Source: the human T2T-CHM13v2.0 reference genome, Homo sapiens
Strand: one strand, 5' to 3'
DNA: 64,000 bases
NCBI RefSeq assembly: GCF_009914755.1
Contig: NC_060930.1
Each line of letters starts with the position of its first letter. Within the stretch, counting starts at the first letter, position 1. The position numbers and the translations under genes were made by a program. The notes under the pieces are model-generated. The model saw nothing but the letters and a program-made list of their open reading frames with translations. It made no database searches and was not told the DNA's origin. Of the stretch, positions 1-18,030 are shown piece by piece.

Positions 1-1840
1 ACTTCACCACTATGCAGTATAAGGATGTAACAAAAGTGCACTTGTATTCCTTAAATTTATACAAATAAAAAACTAAATAGGCAGATTTAACTGCAGATGA
101 AACACAGCTAACTTGAGAATTAATGAACTTGGAGATTTTGTAGAAGGAAGTGTAAAGACCAAAAAAGAGAAAAATATATATGATTATAAGAGATACAGAA
201 AGCAGAGGGAAAGGAACTAACATAAATTGAATCAGAGTGCCAGAAGAACAGAACAGAGAAAATAAATGGAAAAAACCATAAATAAATAATAGCTTAGAGT
301 TTCCAAAACTGATTAAAGACATCAATCCACAAATTCAATATTACAATCAATTCTAAAAATGACAAACAAAAACAAATTCTCATGTGTGATTATATCAACA
401 TGAAATAGCGAAAAATAAATACAAAGATAAATAGTAAAATAAAATTGAAAAACCCATTACCAACCTAAAAGATGCATATTAGAAGAAAATTCACTATAGA
501 AAACATTTTTGAAATAATTTGGGATTTTAAAATATGGAATCGATATTAGATAATATAGGTTTATTTTTCTTAAGAGTAATAATGCACTATAGTTACATAA
601 GAGAATGTCCTTATTCTTAGGAGACACACACTGAAGTATCTAGGGCTGAAGTTGCACATCTTTAATTTATTTTCAAGTTTTATATATATATTTTTATTTA
701 CTATATGATATATAGTTACTATATATGATAGTATATATAATTGTATATATATAACTTGAAATTATGTGCATAGTTTTATATATATAACTGTATATACAAT
801 CATTTTATATAGATCTATACTTGAAATTATATATATATATTAATAGTATATATATAACTGTATATACTATCTGAATATATAGTACATATGTATATATTCT
901 GTATGTTTGAAATTTTTAAAAATAAAAAAGACAAAGAACATACTATAAGTAGGGAAAAAAGAAATTTCTAGGGAGGAGCATGAGATGGACTGACATAATT
1001 TCTCAGTAACAGCAATGTAAGCCAGAAGCAATTGAATGATGTTCTCAAATATTCCAAAAAAAAGTACAATCTAGAATTCTATACAAAATGAAAATCTTTC
1101 AAAAATGAAGGTGAACTAAAGACCAATTCAGTCAAACCAGAGAATTTGCCACCAACAAACTTGTACAATTTAAATAGTAACATATTTCTTCTTCAGCAAT
1201 AAATGATCTCAGATGAGAGTGCATAGATGAAAGGACAAAGCACAGCAATGAAATAGTAGCTACATGAGGAAACCTAAATAACAATTTTCTTTAGTAAAAC
1301 AGTAACAATATTTTGGTGGAAATTATACATTGTACACATATACACAAATATACATAAGTGTATGTATGTATGCAAGTATGTATAGCAAATGCACACACAA
1401 GTACATAGTTAAAATATACAGTAAAATTGGCATATAATCTTAAGAGGGTAAATAACAGTAAATGGAAATAGAGTGTTCTAAGGTACTTATATTGATCAGG
1501 AGGAAGGTAGAATTAACAATTAACATTAGACTATTATCATTCAACATTAGAAATTACATATTGTAATTTCTAGGGCAATGAATGAAAGAATACCATAAGA
1601 ACATAGAGATTTATAACACATAAAAATAAAATATTGAAATAATCAACAGAAGGGAATCCAAGAAAAAATATGGTAACATCAAACAAGTAAGACAAATAAA
1701 AACAGAATATGATAGATTTAAAAGCAAGTATGTCAGTGACTATTTCAATGGAAATGAAATTAAAGCTCCAATTTAAAGAAAAAATTTGTTAGATTACAAA
1801 TAAATGCTTAATAATTTACTGTTTATAAAGGACATAAATT
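1..1840 (+). mobile_element. Patchwork of old L1M fragments (3' end at 1-72, ORF1-like pieces ~75-460 and ~960-1200, L1MC/ME-type 3' piece ~500-930)
   Basis: A-rich degenerate L1 motifs, e.g. 'ttcaccactatgcagtata...gtaacaaaagtgcacttgta', 'gagaatgtccttattcttaggagacacacactgaagta', 'acagcaatgtaagccagaagcaattgaatgat'. Boundaries approximate. Confidence 0.6.
680..900. repeat. Degenerate (TA)n-rich low-complexity tract
   Basis: Repeated 'tatatata', 'tatatataactgtatatac' and 'acttgaaattat' units. Confidence 0.8.
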
Positions 1841-1842
1841 AA

Positions 1843-2490
1843 TCATATGACCCAGAAATCTCTATTCTGAGTATATACCCCAAAGAAATTAAATCACCAC
1901 CTTGTAAAGATATCTGCATTTCCATGTTCATTGCACATTATTCACAATTCCCAAGATATGAAAGCAATACGTGTCCACTGACACATAAAGGAACTGTGAT
2001 GCATATATACAATGAAATATTACCCAGCCATACCAAAAAAAAAAAGATTTTGCCATTTGCCACAACATGAATGAAACTGGAGGACATTATGCTATGTGAC
2101 ATAAACCAGACATAAAAATAAAAGTTGTATTATATCACTTATATAAGGAATCTAAAAATTAAAAGGTTGAATATACAGAGATAGAGAATGAAACAGTGGT
2201 TACTAGGATTAAGGTAGAGGGTATGGGGAGATATATGTCAAAGGATATAAAGCAGCAGATAGATAGGCTAAACAAACCTAGAAATATAATGTACCACATT
2301 AGGACTATAGTTACTAATACTGTATTCAAGATTTTTGCTAATTGAGTAGATATTAGCTGCTCTTGCCACGAAGGAGAAAAAATGGTTAACTATGTGAGAT
2401 GCTGGATATGTTCATTTGCTTCATTCTATTAACCATTTTGTTATCTACATGTATCTGATAACACCAACTTATATGCAAAAAAAAATTTAA
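1843..2490 (+). mobile_element. L1MA-type 3' end nested in an older L1M
   Basis: 'catatgacccagaaatctctattctgagtatataccccaaagaaattaaatcacc...atgttcattgca' followed by an L1MA-type 3' UTR and an A-tail at ~2477-2492. Confidence 0.75.
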
Positions 2491-3060
2491 AAAGAACATA
2501 AAACTGTAAAAATAAATTAATAAACAATCGCATTGGCTCACCATACAAGAAGTGAAAACTGATGGTGCTATATGTAAGAGAAAATAGAAAAATCCACCAT
2601 CACTGTTGTAGTCAAATTTCATCCTCTCAACAACTGATAAGTCAATCAGAAAAAAAAGGACTCAATACTTTGAGAAAACTATTAAAAACTTGACTTCATG
2701 GACATATCAACCATTGATTTTTAATGATATCACTGCCAACACTCTATATAAGCACACCCTGAGAATTCACAAATTTTAAAAAACTGACCCTAAACTAAAA
2801 ACTAATTTTTACAAATTTTAGTAACTAAAAAACATACCAATAATCCACAGCATGCAATCTGTTACTATAATACAATTAAGTCCTAAACAAGTAGCAAAAA
2901 TAAATCAAATCACTGGAAACCTCTGCATATTTGGAAGTTAAGACATGTAATTCTCCATACACCATTGACCAAAGATATGATATTGAAAATTAGAAAATAT
3001 TTTAAGCTGAATAATAAAAAAGTTAACACTTCTAATTGTGTGATAAACAGTAGAAAGGGA
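2491..3060 (+). mobile_element. Old L1M ORF2 (endonuclease-region) fragment
   Basis: 'aaacttgacttcatggacatat', 'tacaattaag', 'gaaaattagaaaatattttaagctgaataataa' resemble L1 ORF2 5' region sequence. Confidence 0.55.
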
Positions 3061-3114
3061 TTAGGTGTGCCTCTCACGCCTTAGTATTTTGCATGAATAC
3101 TGCTTGAGATGGAA

Positions 3115-3166
3115 AAAGAGAGTGAGGGAGGGAGAGAGAGACAGAGAGAATGAGAGAGAGAGAGAG
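3115..3166. repeat. (GA)n-rich tract
   Basis: 'agagagtgagggagggagagagagacagagagaatgagagagagagagag'. Confidence 0.85.
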
Positions 3167-3184
3167 TGGGGGTCTTGGGGAGAA

Positions 3185-5309
3185 TGTATTACTCCACTTT
3201 CACGCTGCTGATAAAGACATACCCAAGACTGGGGAGAAAAAGAGGTTTAATTGGACTTGCAGTTCCACATGGCTGGAGAGGCCTCAAAATCATGGCGGGA
3301 GGTGAAAAGCACTTCTTACATGGCAGTGGCAAGAGAAAATGAGAGATGCAAAAGCAGAAACCCCTGATAAAACCATCAAATCTCATGAGACTCATTCACT
3401 GCCATGAGAACACTATGATGGGAACTGCCCTCATGATTCAAATTATCTCCCACCAGGTCCCTCAAACAACATGTGGGAATTATGGGAGTACAATCCAATA
3501 TGAGATTTGAATGGGGACACAGCCAAACCATATCATACCTCCCCTGGCCCCTCCCAAATCTCATGTCCTTGCATTTCAAAGTCAATTGGCCTTGGGTAAA
3601 TATTGCTGTTCTAAATAAGAGAAATTAGCCAAAACAAAGGGGTTACAGGCCCCATGCAACTCTGAAATACAGTAGGGCAGTCAAATCTTAAAACTCCAAA
3701 ATAATCTCCTTTGAGTCCATGTCTCACATCCAGGTCACGCTGAAGCAAGAGGTGAGTTCCTATGGTCTTAGGCAGCTCCACCCCTGTGGCTTTGCAGGGT
3801 ACAACCTCCCTCCTGGCTGCTTTCATGGTCTGGCATTGAGTGTCTGTGGCTTTTCCAGACACACGGTGCAAGCTGTCAGTGGATCTACCATTCTGGGGTC
3901 TGGAGGACAGTGACCCTCTTCTCACAGCTCCACTAGGTGGTGCCCCAGTAGGGACTCTTTGAGTGGGAGTGCCAACTCCACATTTCCCTTCTGCACAGTC
4001 CTAGCAAAGGTTCTCCATGACAGCCCCACCCATGCAGCAAACTTCTGCCTGGACATCCAAGTGTTTCTATACATCCTCTGAAATTTAGGTAGAGTTTCCC
4101 AAACCTCAATTCTAGACTTCTGTGCACTCGCAGGCTCAACACCGCGTGGAGGCTGCCAGTGCTTGGGGCTTGCGCCTTCTGAAGCTATGGTGCGAGCTCT
4201 GCATTAGCCCCTTTCAGCCACAGCTGGAGCAGCTAGGAAGCAGGGCACTAAGTACCTAGGCTGCACACAGGTTGGGGACCCTGGGTCAGGCCAACGAAAT
4301 CATTTTCTCCTAGGCCTCTGGGCCTGTGATGGGAGGGGCTGCCGTGAAGACCTAGACTTGCCCTAAGGACATTTTCCCCATTGTCTTGGGGATTAACATT
4401 TGGCTCCTTGTTACTTATGCAAATTTCTGCAGCCAGCTTGAATTTTTCCTCAGAAAATGGGTTTTACTTTTCTATCACATTGTCAGGATGCAAATTTTCT
4501 GAACTTTTATGCTCTGCTTCCCTTATAAAAATGAATGCTTTTAACAGCACCCAAGTCACATCTTGAATGCTTTGCTGCTTAGAAGTTTCTTCCACCAGAT
4601 ACCCTAAATCATCTCTCCCAAGTTCAAAGTTCCACAAATCTCTAGGGCAAGGGGAAAATGCCACCAGTCTCTTTGCTAAAACCTGAGAAGAGTCACCTTT
4701 GTTCCAGTTCCCAACAAATTCCTCATCTCCATCTGAGACCACCTCAGCCTGGACCTTATTGTCCATATCACTATCAGGCTTTTGGTGAAAGCTATTCAAC
4801 AAGTCTCTAGGAAGTTCCAAACTCTCCCACATTTTCCTGTCTTCTGAACCCTCCAAACTGTTCAAAACCTCTTCCTGTTACCCAGTTCCAAAGCTGCTTC
4901 CACATTTTTGGGTATATTTTCAGCAACTCCTCATTCGCAGTACCAATTTACTGTATTAGTCTATTTTCATGCTGCTGATAAAGACATACTGGAGACTGGG
5001 AAGAAAAAGAGGTTTAATTTGACTTCAGTTCCATATGGCTGGGGAGGCCTCAGAATCATGGCAGGAGGTGAAAGGCACTGCTTACATGACAGCAGCAAGA
5101 GAAAATGAGAGAGATGCAACCCCTCATAAACTGATAAAGCAGAAACCCCTGATAAAGCCATCAGATCTTGTGAGACGTATTCACTACTACAAGAACAGTA
5201 TGGAGGAAACTGCCTCCATGATTGAAATCATCTCCCACCAGATCCCTCCCAAAACATGTGGGAGTAATTCAAGATAAGATTTGGGTGGGGACACAGCCAA
5301 ACCATATCA
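3185..5309 (-). mobile_element. THE1C-like MaLR element with two LTRs (3185-3535 and 4952-5309) and ~1.4-kb internal region
   Basis: Both LTRs read tgtatta...agccaaaccatatca, the reverse complement of the THE1 consensus, and contain THE1C-type 'agaggtttaatt-gactt-cagttcca-atggctgg-gaggcctca-aatcatggc-ggaggtgaaa-gcact'. The internal sequence is typical THE1-int. No clean 5-bp TSD seen. Confidence 0.92.
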
Positions 5310-5897
5310 GTGGGTGTGTGTGTGTGTAAAGTGTAGGTTTGTATGGGAATACGACTCCCTAAACACAACTCTTTCATCTGGTATTAAGATGAACAAATGG
5401 CTAAACTTTCCTAATATTGTTGGAAACACTGGTTATGTAGGACTTAACTGAGAAATGTAATATCATTTTTCGCACTGGCACCATCCTACGGATTTCAAGA
5501 ATTATTTTGGCATACACAATTTTCTCCCTATATACTTTAGAATTTCTCCTATGTAATATTTAAAAAGGTATCAGTCCAATCTATCTGAGAAATTTTGTAT
5601 GAAGTGTTAAAGAGCACAGTGTTTAAGAGTGGAAACATGGCTTAAGTTTCCACCATTACTAACTAAAAATTAGCTAAAAGCAAAAGCCTTTTATATGCTA
5701 CTTGGTGAATATCTGAGTCATACTACCATAGAATAAAGTGATAGCTCACTATCCAAATATTAGTAGAAAGAAAAGTTTCATGCTCAAAGATATCCCTACC
5801 TGATATATCATATAAAAACATACTTCCTGTGGCTTAACCATGATCCCCAAGTTGGGCTAGTCTTGGTTTTGACATTCCCTGTGATACTGGTTAACCC

Positions 5898-6110
5898 AGT
5901 GACTCTTGATTGAAGGAGATTTTACCCCTAGGGAGCACTTGGCACTGTCTGAATACATTTTTTATTTTTCATAACTGAGGAAGGTGCTACCAGGATCTAG
6001 TGGGTAGAAGCCAGGCATGCTTCTAAACATCCTACAGTGCACAGAGCAGCTCCCCATATAAATAAATGATCTAGCTCAGCATGTCAATAGTACTGCACTG
6101 AGAAACTCTG
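5898..6110 (+). mobile_element. MER20 (hAT-Charlie) DNA transposon
   Basis: 'ggatctagtgggtagaagccaggcatgcttctaaacatcctacagtgcacag...catgtcaatagt...tgagaaactctg' matches the MER20 consensus as recalled. Confidence 0.85.
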
Positions 6111-6429
6111 GTCTAATCTGATCAATCCAGGAGGGTTCACTTATCCCACTGATCTTTGTGTGACAGTAATGTTGCATCACTTTCTGTCAGGTTTTCTAGA
6201 TTAGATGAAGAGTATCTTTAAAATTAAAAATTAAAGATAGTCAAAACCTTAAGGTATAAAATTGGGATATACTTATTCTCATCAATTGTGGACTTAATCT
6301 ATTAATCAGCTATTCAGATTTCCTGAAAAGACTTTTTAAATTATAAATCTGACAAATGGAAGAAACATGATTATGATATCAATTTGGGATGTTTGTTTAA
6401 ATAGGAATCTAAACTTAAAATTAATTTAT

Positions 6430-10863
<4,434 letters not shown>

Positions 10864-12100
10864 AGTTTATTTATATTTTATACATTGGCATTAGAAACAT
10901 AATGGTCCTTCTGAAACCTGGACATTCTCTTTTTGTGTCTAGAGATCACGATTCTAAAATTGCTGTAGCGGTGGTGGGCAAGCACCTTCCTTGCTGAAAA
11001 TCTGAATGTAGTATGTCCTTTAATATGTAGTACACACACCTGAAAAGCCTTCCTGTATATAATGTATTTCAACTCCTTTTCTTCTTTATTACTTTAGGTT
11101 TATAAAACACTAAAGCAAGAAATGTTTCATAAAATGTTACAAAATAGTTTCAGGTTAATTCTGAGTTATATTTAGCAGGAAATTAAATGACAAATATGAC
11201 AGAAGTAGCTAAAAAATGAAACTTCTGCAGTGTTCTTCCACCATTAAGTGACTCATAGGCTCTCTAAATTGATAGAAAATTGGTAGAATTTAAATGTAAG
11301 TAAATTGTTAAAAAATTAAAACTCCAAGATTCATCTTGGACATCCATTTTATAATAGGGCAATGACCTTCCATCTTTTTAAACATTGTTTTGAACAGACT
11401 ATAGCAATATAAATAATGGTGGCTATCACAGAAGTTAGAGCCCCACTCCCATTGATCAATTTCTGGCTTTGCTTCTTTAGAGGAAGTTGCGGAAAGTGAT
11501 TACAACAGCTCCTAGCACTTAGAAGCAAATTTCTAATTACTATTATATATTTTACTTAATGTTTAATTATTACTATCTCCAATTTGCTACCCTCTAAAAC
11601 CTTTTGAAAGTTAGGGGGAATGATCAATTAAGATTCACAGGGCAATTAAAAATCCCAACTATGATGTTTCAGCTTGATTAAATCAGACTATGCTGCTACT
11701 ATCAGGAATTTAACAATCATAAATGTTAGAAGCTTTATTACTTTATTTTTTACTTAATAACCTATGATGACCCCATGATCAGAATTGGTTAAGAATTGTA
11801 TCAAAACAAATTCAAAATGCTATCCTAGGTAATTTAAAAAAATATTATAACACTACATGTGTAAGGGCTATATTTATTTGGTTAAGTACTAAGTTTGAAC
11901 TTTAAGTACACATTTGAGTTATTAAACACATGAGCTATTATACCTTCAAACTTGCTTTAAGCTCATTTAGGGGAGATTAACAAAAAGGCAGATTTTCATT
12001 TAATATAATATTAGAAATGCCTTGTTTTTATCTGTAACTGTCTCATAGTCAATCACTTTTTGAGAGATCCAAATGTACACACAAACGTACATTGTCCCAG

Positions 12101-12479
12101 TGTATTAGTCTGTTTTCACACTTCTATAAAGAAAGACCCAAGGCTGGGTAATTAATAGAAAGAAGAGGTTTAATTGACTAACAATTCTGCATGGTTGGGA
12201 GACTTACAATCATGGCAGAAGGCGAAGGAGAAGCAAGGACCTTCTTCACATGGCAGCAGGAGAGAGAAGTTCGAGCAGGGAAATGCCAGACACTTATAAA
12301 ATCATCAGATCTCATGAGAACTTACTCACTATCAGCAGAACAGTATAAAGAAGCCACCCCTATAACCCAATCATCTCCCTCCCTCTACCCTTGGGGATTA
12401 GAGGTCCTTTCCTTGACACACGGGGATTACAATTTGAGATGAGATTTGGGTGGGGACACACAAGAGCCAAACCATATTA
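12101..12479 (-). mobile_element. MSTA/THE1D-like MaLR solo LTR
   Basis: tgtattagtctgttttcacac...ggggattacaatttgagatgagatttgggtggggacac...agccaaaccatatta. Confidence 0.85.
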
Positions 12480-13119
12480 CCCCGCAATATAAAACATGCC
12501 AAGATTATTCAACAGTGAGAACAATAAAATCATCAAGAGTACATCAAGCCTAATAAATTATGCATATCAGGTGCAGCTGAAAATAAATTGGTAAAATTTA
12601 TAAAATATTGTTTGCACTACAGTTTAATTTCCAAAGAAGATCTTTAATACCTTTCATTTTTTCCATTTGTTTATTCTTCGTGAAGAATTTTCTTTCTCTG
12701 GAAGCATTTACTCTCAGTATTTATTTAAGATAAAGTAGAATAAATACTGTAACTATATATGATGCACTACTCAAGACACCAATCTGTCTTGATTGCCTCC
12801 TGATGAATTCTTACGAAGCACTGTTAAAATATTTCTTATAAACATCAATTTGCAATATTTCATTGAAATGAATCTAAACAGGGTTTCCTGGTTTAATATG
12901 TTTTGAAATAATTTGCCTGTCTAATGTTACTCATTTGCTGTACTCTTTGAGGGCAGTATTAAACCTGAGTTACACTGTCATTTTTAGTCATGAAAAAATA
13001 AGTTATTGGGAAAAATAATATTCTTAAAAAGGAGAGACCTTTTTGCTTCTTATTTACACCAACTTTCAAACTTACATGAACAGTACAGATACAATAACAC
13101 TGTAATATGATATTATGTT

Positions 13120-13242
13120 AGGTATCTAGACTTATAAGCCCCATGAAGGAAAGAATTCTGTTTTGCTGAGATCTGTATTCTCATTGCTCAAAATATTGCC
13201 TGGTAAATAATAGTCACTTAATAAATAATTATTGAATAAATG
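13120..13242 (+). mobile_element. L2 3' end fragment
   Basis: 'ctagacttataagccccatgaaggaaag...tgcctggtaaataatagtcacttaataaataattattgaataaatg'. Confidence 0.65.
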
Positions 13243-13659
13243 TCAGAAAATAAGTCTAATTGTCCTCTCCTTATGTAATTGAGAATGATTTTTATCCTAC
13301 CTAATCCCATTGTGTATAGAATGGAGATTATATTTTTGACCAGATCATTGCTCAATTATGGAATAATTCTAAGGAAGTAAGTTCAAAACAGGAAAAGATA
13401 CCAGTCACTTCCCCAATGGAAAAAAACCACCAACAACAACAAAACATACACCTGAAATACACACCTACACACCTGAAATACACACACATGCTTATTTAAA
13501 ATATGCAAATGTACCTGAAATACACACACCTGAAACCCTGTGACTGTGTTGTGCCTAATACTTTATTAAACATATCCCTACGTATAGCCAGGTAAACAGA
13601 TTATTATCTTCTTTTGTCCAGTTTTTCTATTGTGAAACTCTCCCAAAATGTCTTCAAAG

Positions 13660-14150
13660 GGGTCAGTTAAGTTGGTTTTAACTGCAAGTAACAAAATACA
13701 CACTCAAAATGGCTTCAAAATGGTAATTATTTGACATTTTAAGAAGCCTAGAATTAAGGTAAGCCACCACGGAACTAGAAGTCACCAACAAAGTACAACA
13801 AGGTCAAACAGACCTTGATTCTCCTTGCTCTGATACCCAACCAAAGAGTAGCACTTACAGTCACAGCTCTGTCACCTCTTACACAAAGAGAAAGAAATCC
13901 ATCTTTGAACCACAGCCATAAGTCCTTTCATTTAGCCTCACTGGACGATATTAAGTTTCTCACAGTTGCTTGGAAAATGTCACATAAAGATTAACTTAGG
14001 CTAATTGGGACTAATTCCCTTGAAGCTAGGAAGAGGGTAGCTTCCTCAGAACTACAGAGCTGTGTGAAGGAGGCTCAGATGCCAGAGGAAAATCTGGCTT
14101 CCATTGAAAAGAAGGAAGGTGTAATGAGTAAGTGGGTAAAATATACATCC
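13660..14150. mobile_element. Ancient ERVL/MaLR-type LTR fragment (LTR33-like)
   Basis: Starts 'gtcagttaagttggttttaactgcaagtaacaaaatacacactcaaaatggctt'; heavily diverged. Confidence 0.35.
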
Positions 14151-14395
14151 AACAATAATCTCCTTCTCCTCCACCCCACACCATGATTGTCTCAATGTTT
14201 CTCACTCTTGAAGGTGTAAAATGGAAACTTAATGGTTCTCATTAAAAGCTGTCAATATCACATTCATTTCAAAGAAACTGAAGATTTAACTTCTCATGTC
14301 TAACCAATACAGTTAAATGTTAAGCTTTTAACATTTAAAGGAGATTTAATCTAAGTTGTCTTTAGTAACAGCATAGTTAACAAAAACTGGTCTTT

Positions 14396-14944
14396 TCAAA
14401 ATTTAACTTTTGAGTTCAGGATACATGTGCAGGTTGGCTATATTGATAAACTTGTGTCATAGGGGTTTGTTGTACAGATTATTTCATCACCTAGATATTC
14501 AGCCTGGTACGCATTGGTTGTTTTTCCTGATCCTCTCCCTTCTCCCACCCTCCACCCTCTGATTGACCCAGTGTATGTTGTTCCCCTCTATGTGTTCATG
14601 TGTTCTCATCGTTTAGCACCCACTTCTAAGTGAGAACATGTGGTATTTGGTTTTCTGTTCCTGGGTTAGTTTTCTAGGCATAATGGCCTCTAGCTCCATC
14701 AATGTTCCTGCAAAGAACATGATCTCATTTTTTATGGCTGCATAGTATTCCACAGTGTATATGTACCACATTTCCTTCATCCAGTCTACCATTGATGGGG
14801 ATTTAGGTTGATTCCATGTCTCTGCTATTGTGAATAGTGCTACAAGGAACATATGTGTGCATGTGTCTTGGTGATACAATGATTTATATTTTTTTGAGTG
14901 TATACCCAGTAATGGGGTTGCTGTGTGAAATGGTATTTCTGTTT
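14396..14944 (-). mobile_element. 5'-truncated L1PA13-16-like 3' end
   Basis: 'ggatacatgtgcaggtt...aaacttgtgtcataggggtttgttgtacagattatttcatcacc'; ORF 14613..14879 is the ORF2 C-terminus. Flanked by aactggtc on both sides (probable TSD). Confidence 0.88.
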
Positions 14945-17479
14945 AAAAAAAAAACAACTGGTCAATAAAAGCAATATGTTCAGAAAACTAAATTCCAGAT
15001 TGATAACTGCCTATAATAATCATGAAATAAAATCCTTTTGGGATCTCTCCAGGATCCTCAAAAAACAGCACCCTTCTATGCTTTGGAATGATCAAGGTAA
15101 AAACATCTCCCAAACTAGCACCTACGGTTGAAAGAAAATAGATTCAAGTTCTAGTTTACTACATACTAGTTAGGGTGACTTTGGAAAAGTAATCTGATCT
15201 TTCTCTCCCTTCGTGCAATATAGGTTTATTACTAATTACAGCACAATTTTGTTATAAAGATTAAGCAATCTGCATATGAAAGGTCAATTTAAATGAAAGT
15301 AATTTATTCAATCAGTCGGAAATACTTAGAGAACTTTTTATATGCCAGGTATTGCATACACAGTGATGAAAATGACAAATACCATTTCATTATATCCAAT
15401 ATTCTTCATCATACCTCAACTTGGAGCTTAAAAAATAAACAATGGGTTTAAAAATACGGTTTTAAAAATATAAAAATGTTGTAATAAAGTGAAGAATGCT
15501 AGTTTGAAAAGTTTCTAACTCAATAGCCTAAGAGTAGTCTGAGCAAGTTTGAGAGAATAGGCCTTAATTTCATCAAATACCTAATGTCCATTTAGCACTG
15601 ACTACCTCATTACTTGACTTGGGAAGTGAATGGTGACCATAGGAGTACTTGAAAAGAAATCATCCAGAAGAACTTCTAACACCACCACACAATCTTTATC
15701 TATAACATTACAGTGCTATCTGTAATGGCTAAAGTAGATTTGACAAAGATTAAAACTGAGCTTCTAGGTCAGAGTAAGTCCCATGAGGTTCCTATTCTGC
15801 ACCAAAACTCAAATAAAACAAAATTTTGAACTATAAAAATTATAATATTTAAAATGCTAGTATATCTAATTTTAAGTGGTTTTATTCATGATAAAAAATG
15901 AATAAAAATTCCCAAAACTTATTCTATTAAATGATAGAACACATTATTTTACAAACTGAGATGTTTCCATTTAGGCTTTTTTTTTTTTTTTTTTTTGAGC
16001 CAGCTCAAAATAAGGAAACATTGGACTAATGCTTACGTGATCCATTTCTATTTTAGGTTTTCAGTTTAAAGTTGACCAAACACTTAACACACGGGATGGT
16101 AAATTGTTCAAGAAATGCTGTTTTATTTATACTTTGAACTCTGTTTTATATTTATCTCTCCATTGCCTCTAGAGATTCTTATACTGTTAGATCTTAATCT
16201 TCAGTTGACTGGTACCACAACCTTCCAAATGCTCCTAGATAGACACTTTCTTCTGCCACGTGTTAGTTTTCTAACCCACCTATTTACCAGTCTGCATTCT
16301 GTATTTATTTTAGCAAACTTGAAACTGAAAGTCACATTATCTTCTCATACCTTCCTGAGTTTAATTATTACAGAGAATTTTGTTTCCTTTTAATTTTATC
16401 TTCTGGACCCAGAATTTTATTTATTTCCTCTGGGATCAGATATTATGTACATTTATCTTGTGCTTTCTCACTGAATATTTTTAAAGTCTGTCCCAGGAAG
16501 GCAGTGGAAAATCAAAATTTCCCTGACAATTTGATGTAATAATACAATATTTTCAGTGACACTTATTTAAAAGATGAAAATAGAAAAACATTCTGAGTCC
16601 ATTTAAAATTTAATAAAATAAATGGTGATATCAGCAAAGTGTTTCCCTTCCTCATTACCATTTACTTCTCCAAAATAAACAATATATCACAACTCTTCCA
16701 TGGTACAATTTCGAGATTTCTAAAACATAAAGACCATGTTAATTACATTGAAAATAATTTATGAACCCACAGAAGTGACAGATTAAACATTTTTATTTAA
16801 CATTAACTAGCATTATAATCTCAGGTAAATCACATTATTTGCCTCAAATACCATTTTTTATTCTGGAGGAGGAAAATTAGATCAACTTTAATGTCTTTCA
16901 ATAGTCTATTTCTGTTTATAGAATTTGCTTGATGAAAGTAAAAATCAAAATCGTTCATGGTCTTGGCACAGGCCAGTAATTCATTTTCAAAATAATTTTC
17001 TTGATTGCTAATTATTTTTGACACACCATAAATATACCACATAATATAATGTATTAGAGTTCTTTATAAACTGCTTATTATTTAGCACTCTCTATACCTT
17101 AACAATAAAAGAGGGATTTATTTTCTTTTGAAAGCTTCATTGATATCATGTTCTATGCACATAGCTTTAGTGGAGAAAAACTCTTCAGATTAATCAATAA
17201 ATATTAATAGTTTAATCTCAAAGTGTTATCTAGCAGTATAATAAAACAAGAGAAATGAAAAGTATTAATGAAAAAGTTCTCTATTTCTGATTTTCAGGAT
17301 TTACAACATAATTCTACCAGAGAATTAGAGGGTTTTAGGTATGTATACATATAATATTAAAATATTTAAAATAATCTATTAGCAGAATAATTTTATATAT
17401 TTTTGAGAATGGGGAGCATCAAGACCTCCATGTAACTTCACCAACAAGTATTTAAAAGGATAAGGCAATTTCATACAAA

Positions 17480-17680
17480 AAATACTGTAAATATGAGTTC
17501 TAACACTAGCCTTATCACATTAGCTTTTGTTCTCTGTGCCTCAGTTTCTTCGTCAATAATATGGGGAGGGTAATAGTACATTTTTTCGAATGCTTATTCT
17601 AATAATTAAAAAAAGCAAATACATGTAAAATACTTGAAAGTTGCCACAGAAAGAGTATCCAATAAATTGTTAGGTATATT
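17480..17680 (+). mobile_element. MIR fragment
   Basis: MIR core 'ctctgtgcctcagtttcttcgtcaataatatggggagggtaatagtac'. Confidence 0.65.
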
Positions 17681-17875
17681 TCTATATTGATAACATGGCA
17701 TGATGCTAAACATGTGCTTGGCGTAACTTACAGTACCAGAAGATTTATAGAAATGTAAATTAAAAAATAACTTATTGGTAAATCCTCAATAAATTCATCA
17801 TTTGGAATTATCTTCATTTTTTTCATACAAAAGAACAATTTTAGAAGTTTCACACTATCAAAAGAGATTATTTGA

Positions 17876-18030
17876 TGACTCAGGATCTATTTTTGAGCTT
17901 CAATAACTATCTTGTCCTGAATTACAGCAGTATACTTGGAGCCTATGACTTGCATATGATGGCTTACTTCCTCACTAAATGACGCAAGGTGGCTTACTTT
18001 GTTTTCCAGATTGCCATTGCGTCACACGTG
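17876..18030. promoter_or_regulatory. Candidate enhancer motif cluster (AP-1, ETS, two C/EBP-ATF sites, E-box)
   Basis: TGACTCA 17876-17882; ACTTCCT ~17966-17972; TGACGCAA 17980-17987; TTGCGTCA 18017-18024; CACGTG 18025-18030. Function is inferred only. Confidence 0.35.

Noticed and set aside
16830-17100. Terminal coding exon on the minus strand
   Set aside because: The acceptor is plausible, but all frames stop within six codons and no upstream exons can be linked.
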